DNA from: the human T2T-CHM13v2.0 reference genome, Homo sapiens
Direction: 5' to 3' (one strand)
Length of the DNA: 64,000 nucleotides
Assembly: GCF_009914755.1 (NCBI RefSeq)
Contig: NC_060936.1
Shown here: positions 48,901-63,487 of the stretch, piece after piece
Numbering within the stretch: the first letter of the stretch is position 1
Layout: every line of letters starts with the position of its first letter
Translations under genes and position numbers: made by a program
The notes under the pieces: model-generated
What the model was told of the DNA's origin: nothing
Databases searched by the model: none
Seen by the model: the letters and a program-made list of their open reading frames with translations, nothing else

Positions 48901-49065
48901 CTGGAAGGGGTGGGATTGGACCGTGTGAGGCATCATCTTTCAGAAGAGCCTCTGACCTGCCTCCTCACCTCTCTCTAGGTTGTACTGTCCAAGATGTAGC
49001 CACTAACCGCATGTGGCTAAAGTTAAATCAATTAAAATTAACTCTAAGTAAGTTCCTTAGAGTGT
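48886..49065. repeat. Inverted repeat arm B (intron 28 3' end plus first 15 nt of exon 29)
   Basis: Hand alignment 177/180 to the reverse complement of 47842-48021. Confidence 0.97.
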
Positions 49066-49641
49066 GAGGTGGTAAAATGTTTTTTTAATGTGAAAATTAA
49101 AACGTTAAATAAACCAGACAGATAAAAACCTCAGAAAAAGCGTATTCCTTTTGTTCAAAAAAATTTTAAGGAAAAATTTACTATATTGTCATCATTTTCA
49201 CATTTTACCAAAAGCCAGTGAAAACTCTGTCACATATCAATAGCAGGAGGCTGTGGATCAGCAGGTAGGAACCACTGTCTTACCACTACAAGGGGATGCT
49301 TCAGTTTTTGGTCCAAAAGCCATGAAGAAAAACCAAGTACATGGCAGTGGGCTAAAGAATTGAACTCCTCCTGCAAGTTAGCTCTGTCCGTGGAAGTACC
49401 AAGGTCCACATTCCAGTTTAAAAATTAAGTGAAGTGTTCCAAGGTAAAGGAAAAAATACAGTGATACATCATGACTGCTTAGTGTTCTGATTCTCAGAGA
49501 GACCCCAACCGTGTGACTTCTTCTCTTTGCCTCTAGGCCTCCCACCAGAGTGAGGGACATTCTCTCAAATGCCCATCATGCAATTTGCACTTGCATAGAG
49601 TGACAAGGGACACTGCAGTGGCTCTGAGACTGAGCACACAC

Positions 49642-49785
49642 CCGGAGCACGGTTTCCCGCACGCTGGCACACGGGGACTGCAAGGCACAGAGCAGCACGT
49701 CCACCTCCTCCTGCTCTGCAAAGGCACAGCCATCATCACCACTGCTGCTGGCACACAGGGTGGTCAGGGTGTCTGAAGCCAGAAC
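49642..49785 (-). CDS. GCN1: GCN1 exon 28 VLASDTLT...ETVLR
   Basis: ag/gt; 144 nt; translated by hand. Confidence 0.93.
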
Positions 49786-50092
49786 CTAAGGAGAACATCA
49801 ATCCACTGGTTCAGTCAGCAACTCATTTACTACTAGGGGGCCAGAGAGGGATATGCACTGAGAACACCCACCCCTACAGCACTGCAAGGGCTAAGACCCC
49901 AGCTCCAGTGGCAGGACCCAAGCAAAACCCCTCACTAGCTAACAACAGTCAGGCTGGCTCTCTAAAGCAGTCTTTCTACCAAAGTCCAAAAGTAAGGGCT
50001 GAAAGGAAACTAGGACTCCACCCTTTACACTGGGACTTGAGGTCTGGGTCACGAACTGAGTCACAGCAACAGCCAACTGAAAACCACATCAC

Positions 50093-50173
50093 CTGTAAGC
50101 GAGGCGAGCCCGTCCCGATCACCCAAGTCAGAAGACGCAGCATGGCCACGCGAGGCAGCAACTCCGGGCCATT
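50093..50173 (-). CDS. GCN1: GCN1 exon 27 NGPELLPR...SPRLQ
   Basis: ag/gt; 81 nt. Confidence 0.95.
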
Positions 50174-50419
50174 CTAGGAGAGAACGGCAGGTAAGTCGAG
50201 ATGAGGCTGTGGGGAGGTCTGTAACCCAGGCGGCCAACGGCAGGGCATCCTCTCACCCACGGGGGAACATTCTGGATCATACAACCGGCCCCACCACAGA
50301 AACCTCATTAAGTTTACAACTAGGTCCACAGGTGCTAACCCCAGTCAACCATGATCCTCAGGAACTAAAAACTAAATTCTGAAACTTGCTTGAAATTCAC
50401 ACTATGAAATCCAGAAAGA

Positions 50420-50900
50420 CCGTAAATATATGAAGAGACACTCAACTTTAAATGAAATGCAAAATAAAATGAGATTATCATTCTTTCACTCATCACTGAC
50501 GATATTAATACTATCTGAGGTTGCATTAAGGCTTTGAGAAAAGAAAACTCTTGGTGAGAGTATAGCTCAGAATATGCCATATAATCTAGTAATTCCATGT
50601 CCAATGAACCTGTCCTAAAGAAATGCTCACACTGGTTAAGTAAGGGGCATATACATACAAGAGGGCACATCACAGTGCTGTTCAAAACAGGAAAAAGTTA
50701 GAAACAACCTTAAGAACTCATCAACAGGTAAAGAGTTAAGTAAAACATGGTACATCCATAGCACAGAATCTCATGCAGCCAACAAAGTCAATCAGGTGAA
50801 CTGACATGTACTGGCATGGCAGGAGAGCCAGAGTCTACAATCACATGAAAGAAGCAGTCTGACCCGTTTTTGCCTTAAAAAACCCACAACACTGTGTGAG
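50420..50900 (+). mobile_element. Ancient L1 (L1M-type) 3' fragment
   Basis: aaatgcaaaataaaa...gaaacaacctta...aaacatggtacatccata motifs. Confidence 0.65.
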
Positions 50901-51029
50901 GCTGCTGTTGGTATAAACATACACTCTCTATTTCCCCACCAGGAACTGTTCATGAGACAAAACGTGTCCACAGGCCCTGCCTCCCTGATCCCCTTTAAAC
51001 CAAGAGGAGAGCAGAGCTTCCCTGCCAAC

Positions 51030-51211
51030 CTCGTCCACCCGCCCGGGTGGGGTGTTGGGGGAGGCCCTCAGCTGGGCTTGGACAGTGAGGATCTGAAGAA
51101 TCTGGGCCATCCACTCCTCCTCCTCCTCACTGTGGTGGGGCATCTCCGTCAGCACCATCTTCAGAAACGGGAAGACTAAGGAGAAGGCTGGCGCGGACAA
51201 GGGCGCAGCAC
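51030..51211 (-). CDS. GCN1: GCN1 exon 26 AAPLSAPA...GRVDE
   Basis: ag/gt; 182 nt. Confidence 0.95.
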
Positions 51212-51640
51212 CTGTGAGAGCGAGAAGCAGATAAGATTCTGCAGGCAGGGCAGGGACCCGGGCCACTGCTGCCTATTTCTATCCTCAGGGAAAGTAGGGA
51301 ACGGATGGACCAGAGGCCCGTTCTGACACCTGGAAGCACATGGCACGAGGACAGAGACAGCAGCTGGTAGTCCAGTTCTAAAACCAATTCTGCTTCTACT
51401 GCCAAACACTGCCCAGTTCCAGGATGTGAGAGTTAAAACAGAGATGGGGACACCAGTGACAAAAAGTAAACCCTCAACTGGGCTCACTGCAATTCACAGA
51501 CTACGAAGGTTCAATTCAGAAATCCTCCATATGGTCCAATCCCCCAGGCTCAGGAGGCCCTGGGTGACGCTGTGCCTTGAGCAGCATTCCTGGCACCAGC
51601 TCACACCGCCTGGTGCCCCTGATCCCGTCCCAGCCCTTAC

Positions 51641-51796
51641 CTGGCTCCCCCTTGCCCACCCTGCTGGTGATGGTGTGGGTGTGCAGCAGCATCACCGCCC
51701 TCTTCACAGCCACCGACAGCTCTTCCTGGCACCAGGACTTATCCAGGACACACTCTGGCTTCAGCAGGCGCAGGGTCACGTGGCTCACCAAAGTGC
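51641..51796 (-). CDS. GCN1: GCN1 exon 25 TLVSHVTL...GKGEP
   Basis: ag/gt; 156 nt. Confidence 0.95.
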
Positions 51797-51911
51797 CTGT
51801 GTTGAAGAGGAGAGACCCAGCAGGAGATGACACACAGAGATGTGGAATCCAGCCCAGGCTAAAACAGGGGACCCAGTGCCTCATCCTTCTGACTTAAAAA
51901 AATATTTCTGC

Positions 51912-52209
51912 GGCTGGGCGCGGTGGCTGATGCCTGTAATCCCAGCACTTTGGGAGGCCGAGGCGGGCGGATCATGAGGTCAGGACATTGAGACCATCCT
52001 GGCTAACACGGTGAAACCCCATCTCTACTAAAAATACAAAAAATTAGCTGGGCGTGGTGACGGGCGCCTGTAGTCCCAGCTACTCAGGAGGCTCAGGAAG
52101 GAGAATGGCATGAACCCGGGAAGCGGAGCTGGCAGTGAGCCAAGATGGCGCCACTGCACTCCAGCCTGGGTGACAGAGTAAGACTCCGTCTCAAAAAAAA
52201 AAAAAAAAA
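51912..52209 (+). mobile_element. AluY-like SINE
   Basis: Alu consensus with poly(A) tail. Confidence 0.92.
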
Positions 52210-53005
52210 TCTTTCTGCTTCGCCAAAATGTCCCCAGCCTAATTTCTCACTTGATCTTTGTGACAGCCTCAGAGGGCAGGTAGGCAGAGAGTTGCCCTTT
52301 GGACATTTAAGAAATGAGTACGCTGACAGGAGACAAGGGCCACCAAAGAGTCATTCAGCCAAGAGTACAGCTCTATCTGTGCAGCATCTCCACCTCTACG
52401 CAACAAGCCCAGACAGCCAGGTGACACTTCTGGCAGGTTTCATATGCACCAGCTGACTTTTCCACTCAGAACAGTTCCCAGATTCTAGCCTCACCCGTGG
52501 GAACATCACCGTTAGGCCAGGATAGAAGTCTGCTGAAGGCCACTAAACAACCCACAGAAGCAAGGCCACCAGAACTGCCAGCCACCCTACCTGGTGTTTG
52601 TTTCTCCAGAGCTAAGAGGAAGCTAAAGGTCTCAAGGGCCTCTGCTCACTGCTGTCATGTGGCTGTTCAGGAGATCTGGGCTGGGCTGAGCCACCAAACC
52701 ATCCTCACTGCCACTGAACTTCTGACTTCTTAGTTTTAAAACTGGTATACAAAGATCGAACACTGACTAGCATCTAAAACCTACTCCTCAGAGGGAGGGC
52801 ACAGATGTGAAGTGGGAGAGAAGAGGAGGCACTACGTCTCTCCTAAGCATATCCAGCTTGAGTCTCCAAGGCTGCTTCCACAAGAAAACAAAACTCAGCA
52901 GCTGAGGTCACCACCCACCTCCCCACAAGCACTCAGGGGCACACCCTGTCCAAGCACTCAGGGGCACCCCTGGGCCATCCCTGCAGCCAGCAAACAAGGA
53001 CTAAC

Positions 53006-53204
53006 CCAAAGCCTTGAGCCTAGAGGGCATGACACAGGCAGCCAAGGACAAGAAGGGGTTCTTGATCCTGGGAGCAGCCAGGGGAGACTTCAGCAAGGGC
53101 AGAAAAGAGTCGACCAAAACAGGGATGTACTGGGTCAGGCCGGACGGGTTCTTGGCCAGGATGATGTCCAGCAGTCCAAGCGCCGCCTCCAGCTCCCCAT
53201 CCAG
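53006..53204 (-). CDS. GCN1: GCN1 exon 24 LDGELEAA...RLKAL
   Basis: ag/gt; 199 nt. Confidence 0.95.
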
Positions 53205-53322
53205 CTGCAAGCAGAGTTGTCCAGAAGGCAGGTCAGCAGGGCCCTGCTTGTGACAGCAAGCAGCAGGACCAAGCTGCCCAGCACTCTTCCGGCTTGAGCA
53301 TGTGGCGGAGGTGGCCACTCAC

Positions 53323-53436
53323 CTCCTGCAGCCGCCTCCGGACCTGCGCCTCCCTGTCTAGCTGGGCCTGCAGCATCTCCTTCTGCTTGCTGGTCAGCTG
53401 CACCTCCTCTTTGATGCCTTTCTTCTTCTTTATCTC
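53323..53436 (-). CDS. GCN1: GCN1 exon 23 EIKKKKGI...RRLQE
   Basis: ag/gt; 114 nt; translated by hand. Confidence 0.95.
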
Positions 53437-53869
53437 CTAAAGAGGATGGGCAAACCAACCAATCCCATCTCCAGGGAACAGACCTCCCTCCCCAACAGAG
53501 GAAGGTGAGCTTGCTTCCACACAAACAGCACCATACCAGCTCTAAGTGTGAGTTGGGCCCCTGAACCCACCATGTGCACCCCCAACCTCCCACAAAGTCC
53601 ACAGCCACCTGGTTTCTATAGAATGGAGACAGCAATAGAGAAGTAGTTGTTTTACTGGATTCTCTACTGACAAAGGCTAAGAGGGCTTTTTATGTTAGAG
53701 AAATAAAGGTTCCTCAATGTACTCAAAAGGGTATTCTGACAGCCAAATGGATTCAGAATCAAAACTTTAGCCTCCTCCTCTCCAACCCCTTCCTACATAA
53801 GCTCTCCCACAGGATAAGCTGAAGCTTAGAAAAGGCCTGCTATAGTGGCCTGAGACAACAAGCCACAGA

Positions 53870-54230
53870 ACTCACTCACTCATTCAGCAAACATTTAGTG
53901 AGCACCTGGATTGTGCCAGGCACTGTTCCAGATGGCAGGAATATCGTAGGAACAAGATAAAGTCCCTGCCCTCACGGAGCTCACAATCTAGCAGGCGAAG
54001 ATAGATAATAAACAAGTCAACAAGCACATAAACAAGATGCTTTTGGGTTATGATAAATGTTAGTAAAGAAACAAATATGATGTTTAGTAAAAGGGAGGAA
54101 GGGTGGGGTCTACTTTGGATAGGGTGGACAAGCTGGCCACCTCTCTGAGAAGCGCACATGTGGACTGAGATGAGAAAGACAAGAAGAATCCTGCCTTGTA
54201 AAGACAGAGAGAAGAGCAAACGCTGAGAAG
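53870..54230 (-). mobile_element. L2 3' fragment
   Basis: cactcattcagcaaacatttagtgagcacc...gtgccaggcactgttc. Confidence 0.75.
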
Positions 54231-54670
54231 GAAAGAGTCCTGTGTGCTCTGCTCCTGTCAGAACCTGCTCTGCCCAAAGCTGAATTCAGCAATCAAGTCA
54301 TGATTCCCCAGAAGTCCCACTGTACCAGGCGCTGTGCCTGCTATCAGGAGTCTAGATGGGTCCCAGTCTTCAAGGAAGTGGAGGGACAGACATGGAATCC
54401 AGCAACACCACTTAGCAGAGGAGACACGTGCACTGTCGCCAGCACCCAGCAGAGAAAGAAACCGGTTTTGAGTTGTGGGTGGAAGAAGCTATGAAGCAAG
54501 GGTGAAGGGAAAGTGTGCCAGTGCACCAGACACTGGTCAGGGGCATCAGAGGAGTGTGCCATGGGCCTCAGGATGTTCCAAGTGAACAGCATATGTGCAG
54601 TGGGAAAAGCCACCAGCTTGAGGCCACCAAGCTCAGCAGCCACCTTCCGTAAGTGCCTCCGTGTACTCAC

Positions 54671-54764
54671 CTCCTTCAGCTCCAGCTCGATGATCTGCTC
54701 TTTGAAGGAATAAGCTTTGTTCTCTCGCTTCATGTTGGCCTTTTTTATGCTGTCCTGCTGGGCA
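54671..54764 (-). CDS. GCN1: GCN1 exon 22 AQQDSIKK...LELKE
   Basis: ag/gt; 94 nt. Confidence 0.95.
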
Positions 54765-55060
54765 CTGAAACACCAGAGTGGGTCATCAGCCAGCTTGAAA
54801 AGCACCGCAAGTCCTGTCAGCCTCCCGCCAGCCATGCAATTCCAACTAGCTGTTAAGCACTGTGCACCAGCACAGTGCCGGATACTGGACACACTTAAAT
54901 ACCCAGGACCTAAGCACCGTGCCGGGGACACAACAGGCGCTTAGCCAATGAATGGATAGGCTGTTGCATTCAACTCACAGGAGGCACTGGCTCCATTCTA
55001 CACACAAGAAAACTATGCCTTGGGGAGCAAAGGAAACTGAGCCCATAAGTGAGGTCTCAC

Positions 55061-55239
55061 CTCTGAATGATGGATTTGTCATACAGCTCCCCAGCAGGGG
55101 TCTGCATAATGGCAAACTCCTCCCGCGTCACCAGGCGCAGTGCAGGGTTCTGCACGGAGGCAGTGATGGTGCTGATGAGCTGTGGGAGGACCCGGTCCGG
55201 CGACAGGACGGAAAGGGAGCCCATGGCATTCATGGAGGA
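55061..55239 (-). CDS. GCN1: GCN1 exon 21 SSMNAMGS...KSIIQ
   Basis: ag/gt; 179 nt. Confidence 0.95.
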
Positions 55240-56027
55240 CTGCCAGACAAACGCAGACATGGTCAGTGTGTGCCAAGGCTGGCACTGGCAAGAGGTCCAC
55301 CACACCTGAATGCCCCTAGCACTGGCTCCCCTTCTTTATGCCACTGCCTTGTTACTCCTGGGCAATGCCCATCACAGTAGCCGGCTGGAGTCTGCGTCTG
55401 CTTTCCTCACCAAGCAGTGCTCCTCTGTCTGACACAGCACCTGACGTGAGGTGATACACTCCTTCCCAATTCTCAATCTCCGTGGTTCAGGTGGAGCTGC
55501 CCTCACTTTTTCCAGAGGTAGGCATGTGACCCAGAACAGAAGGATGGGCGCAGAGATGAGCATGGCACCCAAGTCAGATTAATCAGGGTCAAAGCGACCC
55601 CAAGCCAGTAGACATTATTGAAATATGCAAGCTATTCCCCTAGGAGCTGATGGCAAGACAAAGCCTGGAACTCTAGCAGCTCTTGTGCTACCAGAAAGGG
55701 AAAGCCTGAGAATGGAGCCCACATCGTGGAAAACAGAGACAACAGACAAAGATGGATGGGACAGAGTAAGAGAGACATCACCTACAATGTTCCAAGGGCA
55801 ACATGTGAACCCCTGTAGCCAGTCATATCCTTGGACTTTGCAGGTAAATGAGGCAGTAAGTTCCCTTTTGTGCTTAAACCAGTTTACATTTCTGTCACGT
55901 GCAACCAAGGGTCCAAGCCTACATTTCATCCATCTTCACCTGCTTCTTTGAATCCTCTCTTCCTGTACACTGTGATGAGAGGGCCCCCTCCCGGACCTGA
56001 GGCCAGACCAGCTCATGTGCCCGTCAC

Positions 56028-56152
56028 CTGGTTTAGGGGACTCTGTGTGGTCATCCTGGGAATGATCTGATCCAGGTGCCTGGTGATAAAGGCTTCAGGA
56101 TCGATCTTCATCCTGGCAAGAAGTGCTGGCCAAAGTCCAGACTGCACGGCAA
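56028..56152 (-). CDS. GCN1: GCN1 exon 20 AVQSGLWP...SPLNQ
   Basis: ag/gt; 125 nt. Confidence 0.95.
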
Positions 56153-56250
56153 CTGAAGGGGAAGGGAGCTCTTTGAGGCCTTCTGCCTGGCCTGCTCTTA
56201 CCCCATCCCCTAAAGCTCTGGGCTCTCCCACACCCACCGCAGCCACGGAC

Positions 56251-56440
56251 CTAAGGATGGGTGGTGGGAGATGATCAGCATTTCCTGGGCCAGTTGTTCA
56301 GTGTCGGTGACATCACCCTTGAGCCCTGGCACACCGGAGATGACACACAGAGCCTCCTGCAGGACCCGTGGAGGCACGTAGGCCTTGCCTGCCTCAGTCA
56401 CCTCTCCAGCATCAGTCACCAAAGCCTCTAAGGGCAGCAC
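56251..56440 (-). CDS. GCN1: GCN1 exon 19 VLPLEALV...HHPSL
   Basis: ag/gt; 190 nt; weak donor gtccgt. Confidence 0.92.
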
Positions 56441-57516
56441 CTGTGTGGAGACACATGAGATAATACTGCTAAGAGCCCTGTGCAGGCTTGGAACACAGGA
56501 ACCAAATATGCTACGGACACAGCGGCCCCTCACTCAGTTCTTCCCTGGGGTCCTTGCTGGAGTAGAAATGGATGCCCAGCTTCCTGCAATGGGACCCACA
56601 GGCTGTGAGATGTGCCTGGAAGAAGGAAGCACCTGTGGCTTTGCATCTAAAAAGCCTGCAGGGGTAAAGAAGGCACCAGGAACTGGTCCAGGAGACCCAG
56701 CCTGTGGTGGCAAGTCTGTCACTGGCCCACATTCCTCAACAGGCTTTGGGAGGGAGGGAAGCAGTGGAACACGGCACAAAGAGCACAGAAATAACAGCCA
56801 GGTCTTTGAGGGTCTCCCTCCGTCGGGGGAGACCCTGTGCAAGTCATTTGAACTCCTAGAACCCTGGTCAATTCATATGACACAAGAATAACAAGCCCTA
56901 TTTGCCTTTGAAACGCATTGTTAAAAAAAAAATCAAAAGGAAAAAATGGGTAGAAAATGCTTTAAAAAGTACAAAGTGCTTTAAAAACATAAAGTGTTAT
57001 TCAATTAATCAAGGATAAAGGGGGAGGGCACGGTGGCTCGTGCCTGTAATCCCAACACTTTGGGAAGCCGAGGTAGGAGGATCACTTCAGCCTAGAAGTT
57101 CGAGATCAGCCTGGGCGACATGGCGAGACCCCATCTCTACAAAAAATCAAAAATCAAAAAATTAGCGGCCACTGCAGGTGGTGTGCACCTATAGTCCCAG
57201 CAACTTGGGAGGCTGAGGTGGAAGGATCGCTCAAGCTTGGGAAGTAGAGGTTGCAGTGAGCAAAACAAAACAAAACAAAACAAAAACCCCAAAAACCCTG
57301 GAAAAAAGGTTAAGCTACATGTGAAAAAAAGTCTCTGAAAAGGAAAAGGAATCCTATGAAAGATGTTACTGGAGCTTGACGGCAGAGCAGAAGATGCTGG
57401 CATCACACAGATTAAGAAAGAACACCCAGGGAGTGGCCCAGCCAAAACCCCACAGCGTAAGCAGGGGCAGCTAAGTGGATCCAAGAGCCCCAGTTCTAGA
57501 GCCCAGATGCCCTCAC

Positions 57517-57676
57517 CTTGTGAGAACTGAGGACAGTCTTCAGCTCCTCCAAGAGTCCGTGCGCCAGCTTAAAGCCCCCAAGAGAGGACAGCAGCTTCCG
57601 AACTGTCTGCTGAGCCTGCCTGCGGACGTGCCAGGTGCGGCTCAGGAGCACCGCCACCAGAGCCCGGTGGTACTGC
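57517..57676 (-). CDS. GCN1: GCN1 exon 18 QYHRALVA...LSSHK
   Basis: ag/gt; 160 nt. Confidence 0.92.
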
Positions 57677-57826
57677 CTGCAAGCACAGGGACAGACAGGT
57701 CTGGGGGAAGGCCAAGAGCAGGGCTTTCCACAGCCAACCCTTCCACCTGCCACACACCCTTTCTCGGGTTCCTGCCAGCCTTTGCCTCATTTGGCCCAAA
57801 AGAAAAGGTAAGCCAGCCTCACGTAC

Positions 57827-57902
57827 TGAACTTTGTTGCCAGTGAGTCTATGCGGGTGGTCAAGGAAAAGTCTCTCTGTCAGATGCAACACAGTACACAG
57901 GG
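57827..57902 (-). CDS. GCN1: GCN1 exon 17 LCTVLHLT...GNKV
   Basis: aag acceptor, gtacgt donor; 76 nt; translated by hand. Confidence 0.88.
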
Positions 57903-58117
57903 CTTGGAGGGAAGAAAAGGAATGGAAGTGTTTTTAAAATAGTTAAGTGTACACATACATACCAATACCCAGAAATAACTGGAATGAACTGAAAATTAAC
58001 ACCAAAATATAAATGTGATTATCACTCGAAGTGAAATTACAGCTTGTTTTTTTTTTTTTGCTTATGCACACATGTATTTTGGAATCAGTAAAGTATATAC
58101 TATTTTTATTTATTTTA

Positions 58118-58175
58118 TATATAATATACACACATATACACATATATACACATATATATACATATACATATATAC

Positions 58176-58237
<62 letters not shown>
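58118..58237. repeat. Compound (TA)/(TACA)/(CA)n microsatellite
   Basis: Directly visible. Confidence 0.95.
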
Positions 58238-60557
<2,320 letters not shown>

Positions 60558-61392
60558 GAATGATGAAGTTCATTATATACTGATATGGACTCATTTCCAG
60601 GTCTAGAAAGCACAGTACATACGGCAGGCACACTACCATTTGTGTAAAAAAGGTACAGAACAAACATATACAGGTATTTACTTGCATATATATAAAATAT
60701 CAAGGCTACAGAAGAAGCTAATAAAATTGGTTATCTATAGCCGAGGAACTGGGTAGCCAGAGATCAAAGCAGGGGTATAATTTTCAATGTAGACCCTCTT
60801 GTATCTATTTTTGAATTACATTAGTCTATTTCCTTTTCAAAATTTAGCTAAAAATTTTTCTAAAACCAGGAAATGACTAACAGTTGTAGCTCATTAATGG
60901 GATGTTGCGATTTATGAGTCAAACGACTCTTCAAATCACCAATTAGTGGCAGACACTCCTAAGGCAACGTAGAATATTAAACACATATTTAAAATTCAAC
61001 TGTTCCTTTTCTGCCAGGATAGAAACCAGTAGTTTTTGTGTCTCTTGGTGGGGGAGTAGAGCCTGCCAGACTCCACAAGAGCTTCTCAGCTGCCTTAACA
61101 CAAGAAAACCTCCGAGACAGCACCAATTACCCAATCAGCTATAATTACAGCTCATGTCGTAGCTCCACAGCCATTACTGCTCTGTCTCCACACATCTCCC
61201 AAGTCCCATTTCCCTAACCTTATGTTCCCTACAGGAATGAATTTATTCCCACAACAGCTAAGCTGTTGGCCAGATCACTCTGGCCCAGGTTTTTGCAGAC
61301 CTGACTGGTTGGTCAAGAAAGGGTCCTCTCTGAAGATTTTCCAAAGAGACTTTGCCTCAATCCCGAGTTCAACTAAGCATGGAGTAACTTAC

Positions 61393-61485
61393 CATCCTCT
61401 GAAGCCATGACCAGGAATTTCTCAGAAGTGAAAACCTGCTTTTTCTCATCCACAATCAACTGCCAGAAACTGCTCAGTTTGGCCT
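61393..61485 (-). CDS. GCN1: GCN1 exon 16 AKLSSFWQ...MASED
   Basis: ag/gt; 93 nt; translated by hand. Confidence 0.93.
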
Positions 61486-62198
61486 CTGCAAGAAACAAAA
61501 GGTTACCCCACGACGCAGCTCACCACATCCCCCAGAGCTGATCCACTCCATCCTGAAGCTGCTGGGGTGGGCTTTGCTGACAAACCCTCCTCTGCAGCAG
61601 GAGGCTCAGTGCTCTTCCATTTGGGGAACTGACCTCAGTCCTTCTGGTATCACCTCCTGTACGAAACTCTTCGGTGGCTCTCTGCTGCCTACAGGATCCT
61701 AGGTGAACTGCTTCTCATCCGGAATTCCCATCCACCCCAGGCGCCAAGCTGGAATACCTGAGGTTTACAGACTCTGGCTTTCCCTGCCCTTCCCTGACTG
61801 GGGCTGTTTGGACTCACACTGGGCCATCCCTTCAGGATAATGAAATCCTTCAGAGGCTTCAGGGTACCAGTTCAAATGCTTCCTCCATGAAGCCCTTCCC
61901 AATACCCACCCCCCCAACTAAAAGCAATCTCTCCTTCAAAACTGCTCTAATGCCGCATTTTGTCTTAAGCTACGGATATATTTCTGTATTTCCTCGCGCC
62001 TACTGTGAAGTAAGCACCCTGAAATTTGCTGAAGAAGGTCATGTTCATCTTAGCATTCCCCCAGGTAGCCCAGTGCCTTGCATGGCCACAGTGAGCACAC
62101 GATATTACATGAGGAGAGCTGAGCTCCATTCCTAACCAAAGGAGTTAAGTTCAGGTGTGTCCCAGTGCAGAGATTGGGAGATGAAATAAAGAAAGCCT

Positions 62199-62934
<736 letters not shown>

Positions 62935-63334
62935 AAAATTGGTAACACCGTTTACAGAGGGAAACTTAACGGCTACGGGAAAAGACAGGGCTAAGGGGAA
63001 GCTTCTCATGTTATATCCTTTTGAATTTTGTACTGTATGAATGTATAACCAACTGAAACAAACAGTCCCAATACTAAACCCTGGTCCATCTAGGTATCAT
63101 CTACAAGCCTGTGTAGCACTGGAGCAACAGAATGAAGGAGGACAGTGACACAGTCCCCTGACTGCATTCCCACTGCCCATGCAACCATGAGGTTCATCCT
63201 GCAGATGACAAGCAAACCTGTGGCTGATCCAGTGTGGTCAGGACCAAGCTAATCCTGAACATCAAGACACACCTCCCAAGGACTCTTGTCAGAGGCCCCT
63301 GTCTCTACCATCCTAGACACCTCTGGACTCATAC

Positions 63335-63487
63335 CAGCCTGTGAGTCAGCCACTGACAACTTTAAGAGCAACAAGGCTGCGGCAACCCCTTCGGTGATGG
63401 TGGGAACCTGAGTGCTTTGGGAGGCTGCCTTCTCCACTGTCTGGATGAGCAAGGGCAGTAAGTCCAGGGCCTGCAACAGCGTGTCAC
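63335..63487 (-). CDS. GCN1: GCN1 exon 15 DTLLQALD...ADSQA
   Basis: ag/gt; 153 nt. Confidence 0.93.
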
